A stretch of 64,000 nucleotides of DNA, taken from positions 5,090,508 through 5,154,507 of the forward strand of contig MU058584.1 of assembly GCA_013265495.1 (NCBI GenBank). Direction: 5' to 3'. The stretch comes from Vicugna vicugna (taxonomy: Eukaryota). Of this stretch, positions 24,513 to 37,050 are shown piece after piece (positions within the stretch are counted from its first letter, which is position 1; every line of letters starts with the position of its first letter). A program made the translations under genes and the position numbers. The notes under the pieces are model-generated. The model was given only the letters and a program-made list of their open reading frames with translations. It searched no databases and was not told where the DNA came from.

Positions 24513-25257
24513 TGAGACAGGAAAGAAGAGGGCAGTGCAGAGACATTCAAGAAATGACACAGTGGTTAACACCAAGATGGCAGAAAGTTCAACACCCAAC
24601 AGACCTTGAGGCCCATGATGGCAGGAGATTTGGCTTCCAGTGGACCTTGAACTTCATTATATGCTCATTGTAATATATTAACATGGTAAATGGCACCCTA
24701 CAGGCACCATGACGGTTCTGAGGCTAACCATAAAAGGTCAAAAAGTGACTGATGGCCCAATTCCTGGAAATCCCTGCCCTTTCCCAAAGTAGCTGGAATA
24801 ACCCTCCCACTTGTTAGCATATGCAATTACTGAGTCTATAAAAACTAACAACCCTACACTTTGCGGCCGCCCTCCCTTCTAAGTGAGACAGCCCGCACTC
24901 TGTGGAGTGTGTAACTACTTTTACTTTAAACCAAACACTCACCCCACGCCTAATGGTCTCTCACTCCCTCGCCTGCCGAGAAGGTCCTCACTATGTCTAC
25001 AGAGTGTGTGTATACTCTTACTTTAAACTAGCACCCAGCCCTGCACCTCGTGGCCTTTCTCTTGCCTTCTGAGAAGGCCTGAACTCTGTCTAAGGAGTAT
25101 GTATCTCTCTGAATAAATCTATTTTTACTCAGCTATGGCTCACACTTAAATTCTTTCCTGTGGGAAGCTAAGGACCCTCACTTGGCAGGGCATGTCCCAG
25201 GGATTCAACCGAGACCCGGGACACGGCCATCCTCTCACCCAACATTTTCCTGTATCA
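24513..25257 (+). mobile_element. ERV1 solo LTR, MER41-like
   Basis: TG...CA termini; near-perfect 4-bp TSD atag/gtag; TATAAAA at 24837; AATAAA at 25112; MER41-like U5 'aattctttcctgtgggaagctaaggaccctc'. Confidence 0.8.
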
Positions 25258-25271
25258 GTAGAGCCCTCTGG

Positions 25272-25480
25272 ATGAGGGGTCAGTAACCATGGTCTGGGCC
25301 AGATTCAGCCTGCTGCCTGTTTTTGTAAGTAAAGCTTTACTGGAACACGCCCATACCCATTTGTTCACGCCCTGTGTATGACTGATTTCCAGGGCCAAGA
25401 TGAGTACTTGCAACTGATCCTGAAACCCTACAATATTTGCTATGTGGCCCTTTATTTAAAAAGTGCTGTCTCCTAATCCA
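25272..25480 (+). mobile_element. MER58A-like hAT-Charlie element
   Basis: 'ggccagattcagcctgctgcctgtttttgtaagtaaagctttactggaacac...tatttgctatgtggccctttat'. Confidence 0.8.
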
Positions 25481-28400
25481 GATTATTGGTGGAGGAGATA
25501 TGAATTAGAATCTATACTCATTCATAGGATTCCCATTTAAGCAACACAGATATCAAGGAAAGATCTCTGCTTTAAATTATTTAGGTTTCAGTCTGCAAAG
25601 AAATGTACCTGATTGATTATAGGTCCAAGAGGGTTTGGAAAACAACCATGAAAGTGTTTTCAGAGTTGAGAAATTTTAGAGTATAGACTTTTATTTCTAA
25701 GTAAAATATTCATAAGTGTACCAGAGCTATGAGGCCTGAGTTTGGAGTAAAAGTGAACAAACAGAACCCAAGTGATAGCCTGAGTCACCAGGGCCTGTCA
25801 AGACTCCCCTAAAAGCTTTTGTAGCAAGGCTGTCTTGTAGGACGCTATCTCCTCCTAGGGACATACAATGTTTTTATGGCAGCATTATGGATTTTTTTGA
25901 AGGTATCAGAACAAGAATCAGTCTCAGGAGAAATCAATAAGCAGTAACAGGGGGAACTGCAAATTCTATTTCTAGAGCAGTTGTCCATACTCGCAGGTTT
26001 TCTGTTTCTTCTGCTGCATCATCCAGGTCCTCCCTACCTTTCCCCTTTCTCATCCCTGGAAAGGTGGTTTTCTGCCTTGGGTTGCAGGCAAGCGACTCGT
26101 TCCAAAATGGTTTTATATCCTGAATAGGCCATTCAGAAACTTCACATCTGAGTGCCGTTTTGTCCTAGAATCTTAGAAAATGTGTCAGCCTGCTTCCAGA
26201 ACAACAGTTAACTCTGTTTTGAGGGCACCTCCATAGACACAACTTCAATCTTCCATGAAAGAAATGAAGTTTATCAGTTCAGAAGCTGGAGAAGAAAGCC
26301 AGTAATTTTTGGTAGTTTGTGCAGTGAAATGAAAGACATTTTCTGAGCTCTTCTTTTTCTCAGATCACCCCTCCAAAGTGATCACAAGTAAATTTGTATT
26401 TGTAACATTATGGAATATTCTAGAATACTCCCTGCATACTATGCATAAACTTACTCTACACTGTATACCACTTGCTATATCCTAGAATCCTGGAATGAAG
26501 GCTGCTTGGTAGACAGACACACACATACATGCACACACATGCACTGTGCTTGATGATGGCCCAGAAAATGTGAGACTGAGGACAAGAGAGGAAGAGATCT
26601 GAGGAGTGTGGCCGGCTGTGGGGCCAGAGATCCTGTTAAGTCAGTGAGGACGTTCTGACATCCCTTTCTGGGTATGTCCTTTTCTTTTTACCCTCCTTTG
26701 TTACACTTGTCCCCAAGGCATCCCCAACCTGGCAGCAGGCGTGCTCACACCAATTCTCCTATGACTGAAGAAAGTTTTCTGATTATTTTATAAGTTTATT
26801 TTCTAATTATCTTAAAGCATCAATGACTCGAGTATGATCGCTCTCAAGGATATTTCCATTAAAAAGAAAATTCAACAAAAAACAAGAGGAGAGGGCAATG
26901 CATAACTGGAATGAGTGTATTTCTGTTAGTTGCATTTCCACACCATAGTGACTGGTGGGGAAGATATTTTTTTTTCAGGATTGTAGAGAGGGCCCTTACA
27001 TGTCCCTCAGATCACAATACACAAGTTCTCTTAACTCCCTTCTCCCCTCCCTTTCTGTACCTACCTCCCTTAGCTGCTGAGAGCACTTACCCATGAGCCC
27101 CAAAGAGACTGCAATTTGAGGCACAGCCCCCCACATCCCCCGGCAGGCATCGTCCAGGTCTACAAATGTCCAGAATGACGCATGCAATGTGAGGATGCTC
27201 AGCCGGCCAGCCGGCGGGGGAGGTCACAGCTCTACTTTGCTTTCCTCTACTCAAACCTTCTCTGAAGAGAGACAGAAAGCGTCTGGGAGAACCACTGGCT
27301 GAACCAGATCAAAGAATTCATCACTGAGGACCCATCGCTGAGCAGATAAAACTCAAGAGAGGAGCTAGAGTGAGGGAGACGGGAGGAGAGAGCCGGGAAG
27401 TGAGAACACACTGGGGAGAGCAGGTGATGAGAGTCAGAGCTGGCTCAGGGCCAAACCCTGGAGCGAAGTTTATTCTGGGGACCTTCATCTTTCTTAAGCT
27501 TTACTGTGCCCTCAGGCCGGCAGTTCCTGCCCAGTGCTACCCTGGCCTGCTCCCTATGTCCACACATCTCTCAACTTTTGCCTTTGAAAGAGATTTATTC
27601 TGAGATAAACTTCATCCACCCTCTTTTCTTTCTTTCTGTTTCTCAGGCCCTGCCTCTCTCTTTTTCCTAGAAAGGAATCCCTGCTGAGGTTTTAGAGAGT
27701 AACAATGAGTCAGTTAGCTGACCTTCTCAAATGAAATGTTTTCATTTTAAAAGGAGCCAGAGAAAAGGTAGACTTTCAAAAGAAGCTCCCTAAAACTACT
27801 CCCACCCTAAGTAAGTCCTGGTCCTAAGAAGGGCTTTGCTCCTAAATACCCCTGTGTCTTCTTCTCGGGATCACAATAATTGAGGGCTAAGGAACTACAA
27901 ATTGTCTTTATGTATGTTTATATGATATTTACTAATGCCTAGCGAAGTTGAATTCTAAATTTATAAATAATACTAAAGTTATCTTTTCTTGGTAACTTTA
28001 AACTGATACTTTGTTTTTGGTTTCAGTCTGGATTTCCGATCCAGATTCTCAGAAGTGTAGTTACATGAGTTAGTTGAGAACAGGGATGGGGAAGTACACA
28101 AAGAGAAAAGAATCAGAGAATGGTTGAGTTTTTACTAAAAATGTCTCCTGGACCCCAGTCTGAGGGAATCAGTTGTGCCATCTGCTCTTACACAGTACAG
28201 ACGGACGGTTAGACAAAGCCGCTCTGTTCTTTTCTCTTAGTGATCATCATTCTCTTGAGGGCAACTATCATAATTGCAAGAGTTTTTCCCATGAAGAAGT
28301 GAGAACTAGGAACTGAGAACACATTGGGTGAAAACTTGTCTTTCTCTTGCAACAGTGGGAAGAGCTTTCACATGGGATCAAGTTAACTATGGGTCTCCTA

Positions 28401-29539
28401 CACCAAATCTCCACACTCATGTCCGTGGAGGGAGATGCTGAAAGCTCTTTTTAGATATGTTTGGAGATGAGGAGCGGACCAAACAGTTCTTCCAAGGAGG
28501 AGAAAAGTTGGTCAGACACCAATTTATGGCACTTGCTTTATATTAATCATAACAACTATACAAATATGTTTAATGTGCGAACACAAGAAAGAGTCATGGG
28601 TCCCATAGGAGGCTGAGGAAAGCTTTACATCTGTGCTTATGACCTTTTCCTCTGTGCCTCATTGTTAGGAATGTCTTGTGGGTCATTGTTGCTCCCCAGC
28701 TGGGCCATACCAGGTCCTCCTGGTTGACAGATGGCACAGTCAGGTAACTAGTTCTTCGTAGCACAGTGTGAGGAGAGGGGGAACGTTAGCAAATCAGACA
28801 GCATGTTTAGCATATTTGGAAATTTTTCACTAGAATGAAACAAACCTTTGTTGATTTTTCCATCTGACCTAAGATTTCTGATTGTTCTTCTGCCCTGCCC
28901 CCTCTGTTTCAGTCTCTAGATACAACTGTCCATCGCTGTGAGATCAGGTCAATATTTACCTCCACTCAATGCCTGCTGTCCTCAAACACACATGCTGATA
29001 AAGCACAGAGAAGAGTTAATATTTTCTATTTAGTTCTCGGGTCTAAAGACAGCAACAGGACCAGCTTGTCCTCCTCCCAGAGAAAAGATAAAAAAATGTA
29101 TTAAACATCAAAAAATCTTTTGATTACTTCCTCAGCGCCTTCAAGAGTCAAACCATCTGCAGAAGGCATCCGGCCCACCTCCTTTGAAAGTCGTTTCTTG
29201 ACAAGGAAATTTGTCACTTGCTTGTGAGGGTCACTGAGCTCTGTCATGTAGCTTCCTCATCAAAAGCATGCCATGATCCTCATTAGCACAAATTCTCTTT
29301 CTAAAGATATTTTCCTTTGATGTAGCCACTTTTACTGTCTACAACTTGTTGGAATTTTTAGCCTTTATTCTCAGTCATTTCTGCATAGCAGGAGATGAAA
29401 TCTTAATTGCTGCGATTTATAGTCAATCTCTAGACTCCTGGATTAATTCATGCATCAATTCAACGATTCATCTGATAAATATTCGTGAAAATCACACTTG
29501 CGCCATGCACTGTGATAAGGCTCCGAACACTGAGTAAGA

Positions 29540-29660
29540 CAGTTTGGAAATAGATATTGGTGATGGTTGCACAATATTGTGAATGTAATGAATGCCACTG
29601 GATTGTACATTTTAAAATGATTAAAGTGGAAAAGTTTATGTTACATATATTTTACTATAA
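29540..29660 (+). mobile_element. L1MB-like 3' terminal fragment
   Basis: 'ggtgatggttgcacaatattgtgaatgtaatgaatgccactggattgtacattttaaaatg'. Confidence 0.8.
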
Positions 29661-30066
29661 GGATCAAAATGCTTTACCAAAACAATTGAGTAAAATAGAC
29701 CTGGTCTTCCGATTACACAGAGTCTAGCAGAAAGAACAATACATGCAATAAAGAATCCTTGGCAGGAAGACAGACGGATGTAAAGGACACACTGGATGCA
29801 AAAGAGGAAGCTGTGAACTAAGTATAACCTATCTGTGCTTGTTTGTTTCACTTTTTTAGTGATCGTGCTGGTGGTTACAAAAGACGTCTAGAGCTGAGGC
29901 TTCAAAGATGAGCAATTCTTCTCCAGAAGCCAAAGGTTCAGGTCTTCCCTTTCCACTGGATTCTGCCATGCAGGCAATAACACATTTGAATAGCAGTAGA
30001 AACCTTTGGCAACCTAGACTTAATTCCATTACTTCTTTCTACTATCATTAATTGATTCATCCCACC

Positions 30067-30200
30067 CTGGGCAAGATTAGAGTAAAACAAGGGAGGCGCC
30101 TAGGATACAAAATTTAAGGAGCCTCCCGCTCTTACAGGCAAGCAAATGCTGACTCTGTGCTTGCATGGCCCTAAGAAGTGGCCTCCTTAACTGCCCACAC
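30067..30200. mobile_element. MER91-like hAT-Tip100 element
   Basis: 'gaggcgcctaggatacaaaatttaaggag' core. Confidence 0.55.
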
Positions 30201-30599
30201 CTCCATCGTAATAATCAGCATCCGATTCTGCAGTTGCCTGCTTACGTACAGACTATAAACTATGTCTTGTACATCTTTGTATCTCCTGGGGCTAGTCCAA
30301 TATTTAAAGCCTCCATTGTCCATGGCAGCATCTGCCAACTTTAAGGCAACAGCTGAGAGACTAAGAAACAATTAAAAGTTCAGAGCCCACCTAGGGGGAA
30401 GGGCTCTGATAAATACACTCTAGAATTTTTCCTGGATTCCTGAAGGTCTAGATCAGACCAGACCTCACAAAGATTGGAACCTAGCTTCAAATCACCTCAA
30501 CTCAGGACTGGATTAAGGTGAACTGCCTCTTATTTAACTGCTGCCAGAAGTAAGTGCGGATCCTCATGGAAGAGAGATAACACTGTCTGAAGTCTGGCC

Positions 30600-31530
30600 A
30601 CTTGTCACTGTTCCCACTGTCACCCCCCAGTGCAAGTCAACATCTCCTGTCACATGGACCGTTGTGACGGCTAGTTGACCTCCACGTCTGCAGTCCTGCT
30701 GCCCTTCTGTCCACACAACACTACATCCAGTGTGTTCCTCCTAAAACACAAATGTTATCATGTCACCCTACCCTTCTCAGATACTTTCCTAAAGTTCATT
30801 AGCTTTTATAAAATGATACTGAGCTTTGTAGAATAAAGCCCAAAGATTTTTTAAATGGTTGACAATGTGACCTTGCCCTGCCCATCTTCCCACCTCATCT
30901 GTTCTTTCTTCCTTTGAACTTAAGAGAACAAGACTCTCCATCTTCTGTGTGTTCCCACTGGCTCTTATTTTCAAGGAATGCTCATCCCTTTTTTTGCCGT
31001 GGTTTAACACCTGGTAAGGTCTTCACAGCTCTACCCAGTGTTGACCTTCCCATTCCTATACCAGGTTAGAGTTTCCTGCTGTTTATGCTAAAGGTCTCTG
31101 TACTTTTCCACTTGTAACACTCAACTCATCTTATTGTTATTACTTGTTTATTTTTCTTGTAAAATCCCTCGAATGTGACCCATTTCTTCCACTTTTTTAT
31201 TTTTAACATTTGTCTCCTTTCCAGACAATAAATTCTGTGACAGCAGAAGGACCCACTACATAATTTCCAGAGCCCAGTGCAAAATTAAAATATGGGGCCA
31301 CATATTCAAAAACTGATTAAGAATTTCAAGACAGCGACAGTAGATCATTAAACTAATAGTGGGGGCCCTTCCGAGCACAGAGTCTTGTGTGGCTGCACAT
31401 GTCATGAACCCATAAAACTGGCCCGGATGGTAGAAACAGGTTGGACTAATTAACTTCTGGAACCCTGGCTCCTACCACTGTGCCTGACACATACACATAT
31501 ATAATAAAGATTTGTTGAGTGAATAAATGA
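30600..31530 (+). mobile_element. L2 fragments interrupted by MER45A
   Basis: 'ctaaaacacaaatgttatcatgtcac', 'tgtgcctgacacata...aataaagatttgttgagtgaataaatgaa' (L2 tail). Confidence 0.55.
31245..31428. mobile_element. MER45A-like hAT-Tip100 element
   Basis: 'gcccagtgcaaaattaaaatatggggcc...attaagaatttcaagacagcgacagtagatcattaaact...gggcccttccgagcac'. Confidence 0.85.
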
Positions 31531-32869
31531 AGGAAAAAATTCCTCTCAGCAACTCTTTCAAATTTTTCAATCTTTCCTCAAAACCCTCACCCCATGACTT
31601 CTGCAGACACAAAGTTGAACAAAATGAACAGAACCCCTACCCTCCTGGAGCTTATAGCAGAGGAAACATTATAAACAAAGGTATGTGAGGTAAAAAAAAG
31701 TAGACGCACAGAGGGCTCACCACCTGGTAAAGGGGAAAGATGTGGATCAAACAGCTGATCACGTAGGTAAACTAAACTTAACATCTGTAATAAGCTCCAC
31801 ATAAAAGAGATTCATGAAGCTCTATGCACTTATAAGATAATATGACCTAATCACAGAGGCCAAGAATTTCCCAAAGAAGTGACTTTTGGGGTAAAACTTA
31901 AGTGCTTTAACTTGGAACAGAAAACTCTTCATATTCGGATCCCAACCTCCCTTTGTAGCTTATCTTCTGTGAATTCATTTCAGCCCACCTACTACAGCCA
32001 CTCACCCTTCACTCAAGTTTTACGGTGACTTCTGTGCTTCTGCTGATTCACCTCACATGCCATTGCTTATAATTTTCCCTCTGCCAAAAGTTCCTCTCCT
32101 CCCCTGCTCCATCACCTTCTTAATCAAGCTATCTCCTACTCATCCTTTAAATATGAATATAGTTATTTCTTTCTCTAGGAAGCCTTTCCTAATCCCTTAG
32201 TATGATTCTGATGTTGTTCCTTAGCAATATTCTCTCTCCATATTCATATCTTTATCAGGTTTAACATGACACTTCATGGCATGTATTAGAGTTTACAGAG
32301 AGACAGGGTCATGTCTGAAGTTACATTCTCCATGCTAAACGTGCTAGATGGCATGTAACAGATAAAAACTTGTGACTGAGTAAATAAAATAAATAATGAA
32401 TGAATAAATGAATGGAAGGAATTTGCATACATATATGACCCCATATGTCCTTTTATAAACTCAATCTAAAACTTAGCACTAAATTTATCAAATATGATAA
32501 ATAAAAGTCTTCAAGTAAGCAAGCTTTAGGCATATTTTAAGCTTTTAACTGAGAAGCGATTGTGCAGTATTAGATTCAGTTTAGTCATTTAGATGGTCAA
32601 GAACAGATGAGCTGTCCACTATCCACTCTGACTGCTTTGGGTCACCGCATCTGATGGCTATTTGATGAGCTCTTCCATTTCCGTGCAATGTATCAGCCAG
32701 CAGTTAATCCAGGGACTTACTGCAGTAGATTCAAGGTTCAAATACCGTATTCATGCTTCAGTGTCCCAGAGAGCATGGCTTGATGGGATCCCAGCTGCTA
32801 CATTCCATCCACCAAATGATGTTAATTGCAAGCACAAAAGAAAAGATAATCTATGTACATTTCATTCTT

Positions 32870-33400
32870 ACTTAGAGAAGATTGGGAATAAACAGAATTT
32901 TCTAGATCAAATTGTCAAACTAAGTGTAAATAAGTCACTAAATCTAGATGGAATTCACCCAAGGATTTGAAGGAATTCAAGGGTGACATTGCAAAACTGT
33001 GGCCATTTTCCAATAGTTGTTACTAATAGCTCCCAGAGCAGAAGGTTCCCATCATCATTACGAACAGTTCCACAGCAAAAGGTTGTCTCCAGCCTATTAG
33101 GACATTGTTCAACAAGGGACTGAAGAGTTGCCTCACTTTCACATTGAGGGAAGACATCGAATTCCTGACAAATGAGGAGGACTTTGAAGATTTAAGGAAG
33201 TATAACTGCCTAAGGGAAAAAGGGAGCCTGTTTTCTGCCAGGGAAAACCTTGGTTAACTAATTGACTTAAACTTTTTTTGAATGGTAAATTGAAACACAG
33301 CAAAAGAATAGCCAAAGGACATATTCTAATAAAAGTTCTCCCCCAAAAAACATTTTAATAGTTCTAAATTCTAAAAAGTAAAATATATGGTATTTGTGGA
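32870..33400 (+). mobile_element. Ancient CR1/L3 LINE ORF2 remnant
   Basis: Translation 'LDQIVKLSVNKSLNLDGIHPRI' followed (frameshifted) by 'LKEFKGDIAK' matches the CR1 motif KSxGPDGIHPRVLKEL upstream of the RT domain. Confidence 0.7.
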
Positions 33401-34339
33401 AGACTGTAGGGGAAGTGTCCACTAACATAGAAAAGATCACCCCAAATCCTCATTTTATCCCCCTCTGAGAATAATCTTACTGAAACATAAGTCTGATCAT
33501 GCCTCTTTCCTGATTAAACCATTTAGTAGTTTTTCACAGTTGACAGAATGAAGTGCAATGACTTAGCATGGCACAAAGAGGTCTTCAACACTTGAGCTCT
33601 AGTTTACCAGCCACAGCTCCTGCCAGGTTTCTTTAGCACTGAAATAGTTGTCTTTTGATAAAATTGCCATTTTCCTTTTTCCCTCCAAGGTTTTACACAC
33701 GCTGCTTCCTCTGCCCGGAATGTCCTCCTTCCCTTTCTCCTGCTAATACATTCCTTTGATGACACTTTAGCAAAACCCCTTTCCTCTAGCTGAATATATC
33801 TATCTAGAAACATAACCTAAACATTGGTCCAAAGAACAGAGCTTTTTATTCTCATGTTTGCTGACAGTGGTTTCCTTCCTCTAAGGTAGTATTGCGTCTG
33901 TGTTTGTGTGCATGTGTTTTTAAGGAATAAGGGAAGAAGAAATGTATCTTCATTTATCAAGAATCAAGCTTCCTACCAGAATCCTTAGAAAGTCAGTGGT
34001 TTCAGAGCAAATTTTTAAAGTACAGAAAGAAACTACAGATTAATTTCTAGGATCAGAAATTTTAAACAGAAAAAGGACAAATACTATGCAGCAGAGTGGA
34101 AATATCCTCAGTATGGTGTGTGTGTTTTCCTTCCAAAAAATCTTGAATTAAGATGTCATTGGGTGGTTTCCTGTCAGGGTTATGATTGGGCAAAATTTAA
34201 AGGCAGTAGGAATTTCCAAGCACAAAGAACTTCAAATGATCTCTCCTTTCATGCTCAAAGTCAACGTGCTGCTCCACTGGGGAGTATGTCAGAACTGGGG
34301 AGACCCAGAGTAGATGTTTGTTGGTTGTTTCCTTAGAAT

Positions 34340-34830
34340 TCCCCTATCCCTTTCCCAACTGCCTCTCATTTCTATTTAAAAATCCATGTATCTATGAATT
34401 TCCTGGGAAACTGAATCCTATCTCTGTGCCAGATTTGGAGCCTGGATGACCTACGTTAAGTCAATAAATACATTTCATGCCCCAGGCCACTGTGATTGAT
34501 AAGGAGGTAGGTTTGCTATCTGAGCTGGTCCAATCAGGGTTAACTCTCAGAACGGCTGTTGGGAATCCAGTGTAAACACATTCTCTCTTTCCTGCTACAT
34601 GAGGTACTGTGTAGCCCTGACACCTGTGGCCACCATCTTGGAACCAGCCTCAGGACGAAGCTGACATCACAATCACATCCTTGGTGACACTGTTGAGACA
34701 TTAAATTCAGCTTTATCTGAAGGCAGCCCCACTTCTGGAATTTTCCGTTTCACTATCCAATATATTTTCTTCATTTTTACCAATTTGAATTTTTGGGGGG
34801 CCACTTACAGCCTAAAGCTTCCTAAGTGAT
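34340..34830 (+). mobile_element. Old MaLR (MLT1K/L-like) LTR remnant
   Basis: 'gctggtccaatcagggttaactctcag', 'gccaccatcttgg', 'ccacttacagcctaaagcttcctaagtgat'. Confidence 0.5.
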
Positions 34831-36146
34831 GCAGTCTGTGGAATGATCCAGTGTTTTCTTCTAATTTTACAGATGAGAAAATGAGGTTCATGGTGGGGAC
34901 TGACTGACGCAAGATCAGTTACGTAGTCATCAATTTGATACTAAAAGACGGATTCCCTATCTCCTAGTCTGTTTTTTTTTTTAAATTAATCCTCATATAC
35001 TTTCCAGCCCACAAAATTATGTAGATTGATGCTGCTTTCTAGCTAAATTAGGATGCCAGGCAGACTTCCACTTACAGAACTAGTGAAAAATTTATTCCTT
35101 TCTATGGCTACTTGGGCTCTTTGGATATATAGCAGTGAGGTTTTGAGACAGTGGAATGAAGTCATACTGAGCCATCCTATTTTTTTAAATCTCTTCTTGA
35201 ACTTATGTTATTTGCATTACAAGTGTCTCCCTTGTGGGGCTAGACATGAAGCATGTGGCATGTTCCTCAGAGTATTTCTATAGCAACTAGCCACATAAAG
35301 ACTACTTCGCTGAAATACAGGGTTTAGGAGCAGGTATAGAGTCCCAAATCTGACCCCCCTAATGGCACGTTTTTCTTACTTGTATACATATGTGTGTGTG
35401 TGTGTTTATGTGTGTGTATAAGTGGTATGTATAGAAGAATGTGATTTGGGAGTTCTGCATCTAATCCAAATCTATCTTTTCCTTTTTCCTTTCTTTTATT
35501 GAGAAGACTCTTGGTACCTCTCACTCACATTCTCTCCCCTCTTCTCTTCTTCCTTTCTTCCCTTCCTCCCTCCCGTGTATCACTCTACCACAGAAATGAA
35601 GTTTTCAGGTTCCCCTATTTTGAGACACATCACCATTATTTGTAAGGAGAAAATGCTCTGTTTCAGCTAAGCATGTGTCATGCATAGTGGTTGCCATGGA
35701 AATACTCAAAGAAAATACCTGAAATGAGAGAAATGCCAGTAAGATAGACTAAAGTGTGCTGAGGATTGAGGTGGAGGGGAGAAAAAGGTGTCCCCTTTTG
35801 GCAAGTTTAGGCCATTCTTTCAAGACATTTGGCAGATAAGGGAGGAGAAAGCATTAAAGAAAGAGGAAGGTTGAACCATATTCTTTCTATTGGGAAAGAC
35901 TTGAGAATACTTAAGTGCTAATGGGAAGAATCTGATTGAGAGGGAGACTCTGAATATGCAAGAGACTGAAGGGGAAATTGTCCACAAGATGATAAAGTGG
36001 TAGGGTCCAAAGCACAGAGAGAAGGGCCAGTGTTAGGATGGACAGCTTCTCTTTCCACAGAAGGAAAGCAAGGTGCTGATGTAGGTAAGTTTTTAGTCTT
36101 CATGGTTAAAAATTGGGGGTGTTCTGGCTGACAGTTCCATAAGGCA

Positions 36147-36147
<1 letters not shown>

Positions 36148-36186
<39 letters not shown>
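36148..36186. repeat. (AC)19 microsatellite
   Basis: Perfect dinucleotide run. Confidence 0.97.
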
Positions 36187-36188
<2 letters not shown>

Positions 36189-36329
36189 GAGACGTCACTG
36201 TGGTAGTTGGGTTAATTAGCTCTTCATTGCTAAGCTGAGCAAAATGTCATCTCACTACTGAAGTCCAGGTTTTCTTGACTTCTGCTCACCCTAGGAATGC
36301 TAGCTGCCGCTGTGTGCTGTGTCCTACCT

Positions 36330-37050
36330 TCTCACCGCCACTAGAATCCAAACTTTTTTTTCATCTGTCCAACGACGGTCTTGATTCAGGGCATCTTCAT
36401 CCCTTATCTAGATTATTTCAACAGCATCCTGACTGACCTTCCTGTTTCCCCTCCAGTTTTCACATTGAAACAAGTGTTCTATTGCTAAAACATAATTCTA
36501 TTGAAAGAATCCCCGTGGTTAAAACCCTTCCATGGCTTTTCACTTTCTTTGAGATGAAAACCAGCCTCCTACAGCCAACCCCCAAGATGCTTTATAACCT
36601 GGGCCCAGCCTGACTCATCTCTCCTCAACACATACTCGCTCTCTAAACCATACAGAAATGCCCACAGTTCCTCAGGTTTTGCCATCCTTCTATTGTCTCT
36701 TGGGTTTTTGCACCTGTTGTCTCCCTTGTCCAGTTCACTTCCTTCCACTTCCTAACCTTTACTTGGACAACTGCTAATTTAGTGCTCAGGTCTCCTCTTA
36801 GATCTGTCATTCTCCCAGAAACCTCTCTTGATCCCCCAGAACTGGAGTGGTTGCCTCTTGAAAGGACACCCAAGTCATTCCATCCATCATAGCATTCCTT
36901 CATCTCTATCTCACTCTGGATTACATCCATATTTTAAGACAATGTCTTCATTATGTTTACCACTGTATCCGCAACATCTTGCACAGTGCCTGGCTTATGA
37001 TAAGCATTTAAAACGTTGTTTATCAATGAAATGGATGAATAAGTGAATAA
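36330..37050 (+). mobile_element. L2 LINE 3' region
   Basis: 'tagattatttcaacagcatcctgactg', 'aaaacccttccatggct', 'gcacagtgcctggc...aatgaaatggatgaataagtgaat'. Confidence 0.7.

Noticed and set aside
24890..25120. Periodic repeats as a CRISPR-like array
   Set aside because: Degenerate tandem units inside a mammalian LTR; no unique spacers and no cas genes.
26364..26387. 24-nt microexon candidate after 'ttctttttctcag'
   Set aside because: Weak donor (CAA|GTAAAT) and no recognisable peptide or flanking coding exons.
28241..28298. Exon-like segment after 'ctgttcttttctcttag'
   Set aside because: Weak donor (GAA|GTGAGA) and unrecognised translations; such sites are common by chance.
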